From the NCBI GenBank assembly GCA_963665235.2, contig CAXXLX010000002.1, positions 448,001 through 512,000 of the forward strand: 64,000 bases of DNA, read 5' to 3'. Position 1 is the stretch's first letter, and every line of letters begins with the position of its first letter. The DNA is from Candidatus Poribacteria bacterium. GTDB taxonomy: Bacteria; Poribacteria; WGA-4E; WGA-3G. Position numbers and translations under genes: made by a program. This document shows positions 60,714-64,000 of the stretch, one piece after another. A model generated the notes under the pieces. The model was given only the letters and a program-made list of their open reading frames with translations. It was not told where the DNA came from and did not search any database.

Positions 60714-63700
60714 CTAATTGCTAATTTTCGAAAGTGCTTTGAAGTACTGCCGAAGTTGTTCCCTATATTGGAATGGGATGTTCTCTATCTCCTTGGCGTT
60801 GGGTGTAGCTTCTAACTTGCGTACGATTTCCAGAAGTTCGGGGTGGAGCGGTGGCACCTCTTGTAAAGGGACAGACGGCTTTTTAGCGGCTTCTGCCCTC
60901 CGTTGTCTACCGACATCCCGTTTCTGCAAAGATTTCAAACTGTCAAGCATACGGGTCAAGATACGTTGCTGCTTATCAAGCACTTGGTCATCAAGTGTGC
61001 GTTGTGCCAGTTTTTTCTCGACATCCTCCATTTCTTCAGCAATATTTTTTAAGCTACCGAGCACTTCTGCTGCCTGTTCCGCCATTTCAGCGAGTCGTTC
61101 CATCGCCTCACGGATACGTTGTTGTTGTGAAGCGAGTCGTTCGAGTCTTTGTTGGAGGTTAGGCGTTTGTCCCTGTTCCCGCATCTGCTGGCTGAGGGTT
61201 TGTGCCATTTCATTCAGCTGTTCCTGGTTTTGGGCGAGTTGTTGCAGCTGCTCCATCATATTTTGTAGACCGCTACCGCCCATCTGTTGGTTCATTTGTG
61301 CCATAGCGGTAAGGAGGTCGTCCACTGCCTGATTGATGTCAGCAAGCCCACTTTTTTGAATAGGGAGCGCGAGCCCTGGTTCTCTATCCTCTAAGGCGCG
61401 TGCGGCGCGGGTGAGTGCATCGCTTGAGGTATTGAGTCGCCAGACAATCCGGGGCTCTATTTGCATCTGCTGTTTTCCAAGTTCCCACAGTTTTTCGGCA
61501 AGTTGTGTAATTCCTTTCGCCGCGCTAAGTTCTGCAGCAGCGAGCTGTTGCAACTGCTTAATCTCATTCGGGATGTAGTCATTGAAGGTTGCAGCACCGA
61601 GAAGGTCATTCGTTTGATTGATGACGTTTTCATGAAGGTGCGAGAGGTGGAGCCCGCTTTTAACAGCCTCGCGCATTGCGGTCAGTGCTTGGTCGGCATT
61701 TGCCCCCTCCATGAATTCCAGGGCGTTATCTAACCCCTGTGCAAGTGCACTCAACGTGTCCTCCGCCTTTCTACCGGTTTGTAGTGCGTCCTGCTTTTGA
61801 GCGTTGCGTAGATTTTCGCTGGTATCTTGTAGTGTTTCGGAAAGTTTTTCGTCGCGTGCGAACTGGTTGAGCCGCTTGACTTCATCGGCAATTCTTTGCG
61901 TTTGCGGTGCGGCGGTCTCTTGCGACTCGGCTAATTCAGACATTTTATTACCGAGCGTGTCCAATTTTTCGCTGAGTTTATCAGATTCCTGCTGAATTCG
62001 GGTCTCCTTTTGTGCAGCATCTGATAGTTCAGCCTTTTCGGATAGTGCGGTGTTCTCAACATTTTCCGAGGCGGGTGTAGTATCCACTTTGTCCATTAAT
62101 TGCTTTTGCTGCTCCGCAAGTGCTTTTGCCTGTTTTGCCGAGGCTTCCAATTCCTGTTGCAGGAGAAGTTGTTGATAGAGCGATTTCATACGTTCTAACT
62201 GCTGTAAGAACTGTTCCTGATTGAAATTGGCTTCTGTCATAGCACTTTCCTGTTCGGTCAATTCCTGTTGTGCGAGGGCTTCCGCCAATTTTTTCAAAAT
62301 TTCTTTATGTTCTTCAGAGAGTGCTTTCTCCATCAATTCCTGAAGTTCTTGATATTTCTGAACGGTTTCAGGTTCAAAGAGTTGGTTTTTCTGCATTTCG
62401 GTGGCGGTCTGTTCCATCTCTGTGATGAGTTCGTTTGCTTTCTGCTCAATTTCTTGCTGTGCGTCGACGACCTGCTGCATCAGTTTTTCGTCTGTGAGCG
62501 TCAGTTCTTTAGATTTTCGGATTTTATCGAGGAGTTCATCGACTATTCCGGTAGCGTCAGCTTGTTCGTCAAAGATTTCATCAAACCCGCGTTGTTCCGC
62601 TTCCTGTTCAGCGGCGATGGAATCGTATAATTCATCCAGGGTCGGAAGACGCAACGTGTATGTGCGCGATTTTCCGATGTTGGGGCCGGAGACGTTATCC
62701 ACGTCAACCGCTTGCACATAATAGGAGACTGCCTCACCAGGGAAAAGCCCAATCGGGTCAACGTCCCATGTATATTTAAGAGAGATTAAGGTTTGCAATG
62801 GAGCGGGGGAGGCAGCGGTGCCGATAGGCATCCGTTTTAGCGGAATAGTGACAGGGTCAAAACCTTCTTTCTGTATGCGATAAACTAATTGGACCCCGTG
62901 AATGCCGTAATCATCTGTCGCTTCAACGTCTAATTTTACCTGCATAGCATTGTCTAAAACGATGTCTTTGCTAGGTTCAATAATTTCAACTTGCGGGGCA
63001 GTGTCTTTAAAGACATTGAGCGTATAGTCGGGCGGCGCAGGGTTTGTCAATCCATCTGTGTCAAGGAGCTGAATGTTGTAAGTTCCCGCCTGTTCTGCGA
63101 TAAAACTGCCTACCATGTGCGTTGTCTCTCTGATTGTTAGTGGAATCGGTGTACCCGAATCAAAGACTATATGTGCTTCGGTGAGCGGTTTGTTGCTTTC
63201 TCCTGTAAACACTACCTCTGTTCCGAGGAGCACTTGGATATCACCGGTGTTCGCTTCAAGCGTCTGTGTAGGCAGTTGCGTATAAGCCGGGTAGCTAAGT
63301 TGGAGTTGAAACGTTTTGAGTAGCGGTTCATGGCTCACCGCAATTTGGTAATGCGCGGAGGTTACGTCTTTCGTTTTGACATAGTATTGCAGCGAACGGT
63401 CAACGGTTTCAAGTGTCGCTTGATATAAAATGTCAGTCGGTTCACGTTGCATCGGTAGCGATTGCCATATTTCTTCCTCCGCTGTAGGGGGTGGTTGCTG
63501 TGGCACGTTATCCGGTTGTGCAACCCGATAGTAGAGGGAAACAGGGGCTCCGAGGTGTCCGCTGACTTTCGCAGTTATGCTAACATCTGCCCCCTGTTTG
63601 ATTTTGACGTTCCCCGGGTGTATCTCTTCAATTTGTGCAGTAAAGCCTTCTTGTGGTGTTTTGGGTAATGTCTGGAAGGCTTGTGTGAATCCGTTAAGTG

Positions 63701-64000
63701 CGGTGGGCAAAAGAAGGGTAGTGAGCAGGAGAAGTCCCACAGCAAGCACTGCAATACCTGCATTCCGCTTAATCCCCACAAATTCGCGTTGAAAAACCTG
63801 TTTCAATTGAATAGCCTCAATATCGTGCTGCGTTTGAAGAATCAGTGCCTCAATGAATTCTGCTGCGTATCCGAATCGGTTATCCGCGAGTGTGGGCTTG
63901 AGTTGGATAGCACTGAGTATGCGGTTTTCGTAGCCCGGATAGGTTTTCTCAAGATAAGCAGCGACTCTCATATCGGTCAATTTCTGTGCTATGGGATAGA
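60714..64000 (-). CDS. DUF4175-like large membrane/coiled-coil protein, 5' end outside the window
   Basis: TM, Ig-like region (YPAYT, ATDDYGI, AVDVDNVSGP), Q/E coiled coil, P..YR...RQYF tail; frame is open to the window edge. Confidence 0.8.
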   Translation of the reverse strand, partial: YPIAQKLTDMRVAAYLEKTYPGYENRILSAIQLKPTLADNRFGYAAEFIEALILQTQHDIEAIQLKQVFQREFVGIKRNAGIAVLAVGLLLLTTLLLPTALNGFTQAFQTLPKTPQEGFTAQIEEIHPGNVKIKQGADVSITAKVSGHLGAPVSLYYRVAQPDNVPQQPPPTAEEEIWQSLPMQREPTDILYQATLETVDRSLQYYVKTKDVTSAHYQIAVSHEPLLKTFQLQLSYPAYTQLPTQTLEANTGDIQVLLGTEVVFTGESNKPLTEAHIVFDSGTPIPLTIRETTHMVGSFIAEQAGTYNIQLLDTDGLTNPAPPDYTLNVFKDTAPQVEIIEPSKDIVLDNAMQVKLDVEATDDYGIHGVQLVYRIQKEGFDPVTIPLKRMPIGTAASPAPLQTLISLKYTWDVDPIGLFPGEAVSYYVQAVDVDNVSGPNIGKSRTYTLRLPTLDELYDSIAAEQEAEQRGFDEIFDEQADATGIVDELLDKIRKSKELTLTDEKLMQQVVDAQQEIEQKANELITEMEQTATEMQKNQLFEPETVQKYQELQELMEKALSEEHKEILKKLAEALAQQELTEQESAMTEANFNQEQFLQQLERMKSLYQQLLLQQELEASAKQAKALAEQQKQLMDKVDTTPASENVENTALSEKAELSDAAQKETRIQQESDKLSEKLDTLGNKMSELAESQETAAPQTQRIADEVKRLNQFARDEKLSETLQDTSENLRNAQKQDALQTGRKAEDTLSALAQGLDNALEFMEGANADQALTAMREAVKSGLHLSHLHENVINQTNDLLGAATFNDYIPNEIKQLQQLAAAELSAAKGITQLAEKLWELGKQQMQIEPRIVWRLNTSSDALTRAARALEDREPGLALPIQKSGLADINQAVDDLLTAMAQMNQQMGGSGLQNMMEQLQQLAQNQEQLNEMAQTLSQQMREQGQTPNLQQRLERLASQQQRIREAMERLAEMAEQAAEVLGSLKNIAEEMEDVEKKLAQRTLDDQVLDKQQRILTRMLDSLKSLQKRDVGRQRRAEAAKKPSVPLQEVPPLHPELLEIVRKLEATPNAKEIENIPFQYREQLRQYFKALSKISN

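Overview
Bacterial chromosomal window of mid GC content. Gene style (Uma2 copies, PhyH dioxygenase, several Gfo/Idh/MocA enzymes, repeat-filled intergenic DNA) suggests a Ca. Poribacteria-like metagenome-assembled genome; this is inference only. Housekeeping content: hflX, smpB-ssrA, tRNA-Leu(CAA), a yqiJ/flotillin operon, korAB, eno-ftsB, hemW, nagZ and a split cytochrome c maturation locus (Cys-type ccmE, ccmF, ccmH-like; ccmAB 7 kb downstream). Accessory content: type I RM hsdM/hsdS, three further DNA methyltransferase loci (one with an in-frame TGA, one split by a 721-nt insert whose removal restores the ORF), an MBOAT/AlgJ-like O-acylation operon, a GldAFG-like ABC system, an AlbA_2 protein, a hicAB remnant, a degraded ISAs1 and a direct-repeat-flanked Uma2 pair. 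The most striking non-genic signal is a modular intergenic repeat system. Several MITE-like shells with different terminal inverted repeats carry GTAG-hairpin (REP-like) modules, which are often tandemly amplified. One 116-bp element occurs both plain and with exactly nine extra 32-bp units. Several oddities (homopolymer frameshifts, interleaved or eroded inserts) may be long-read consensus artefacts from a mixed population and need read-level checking.
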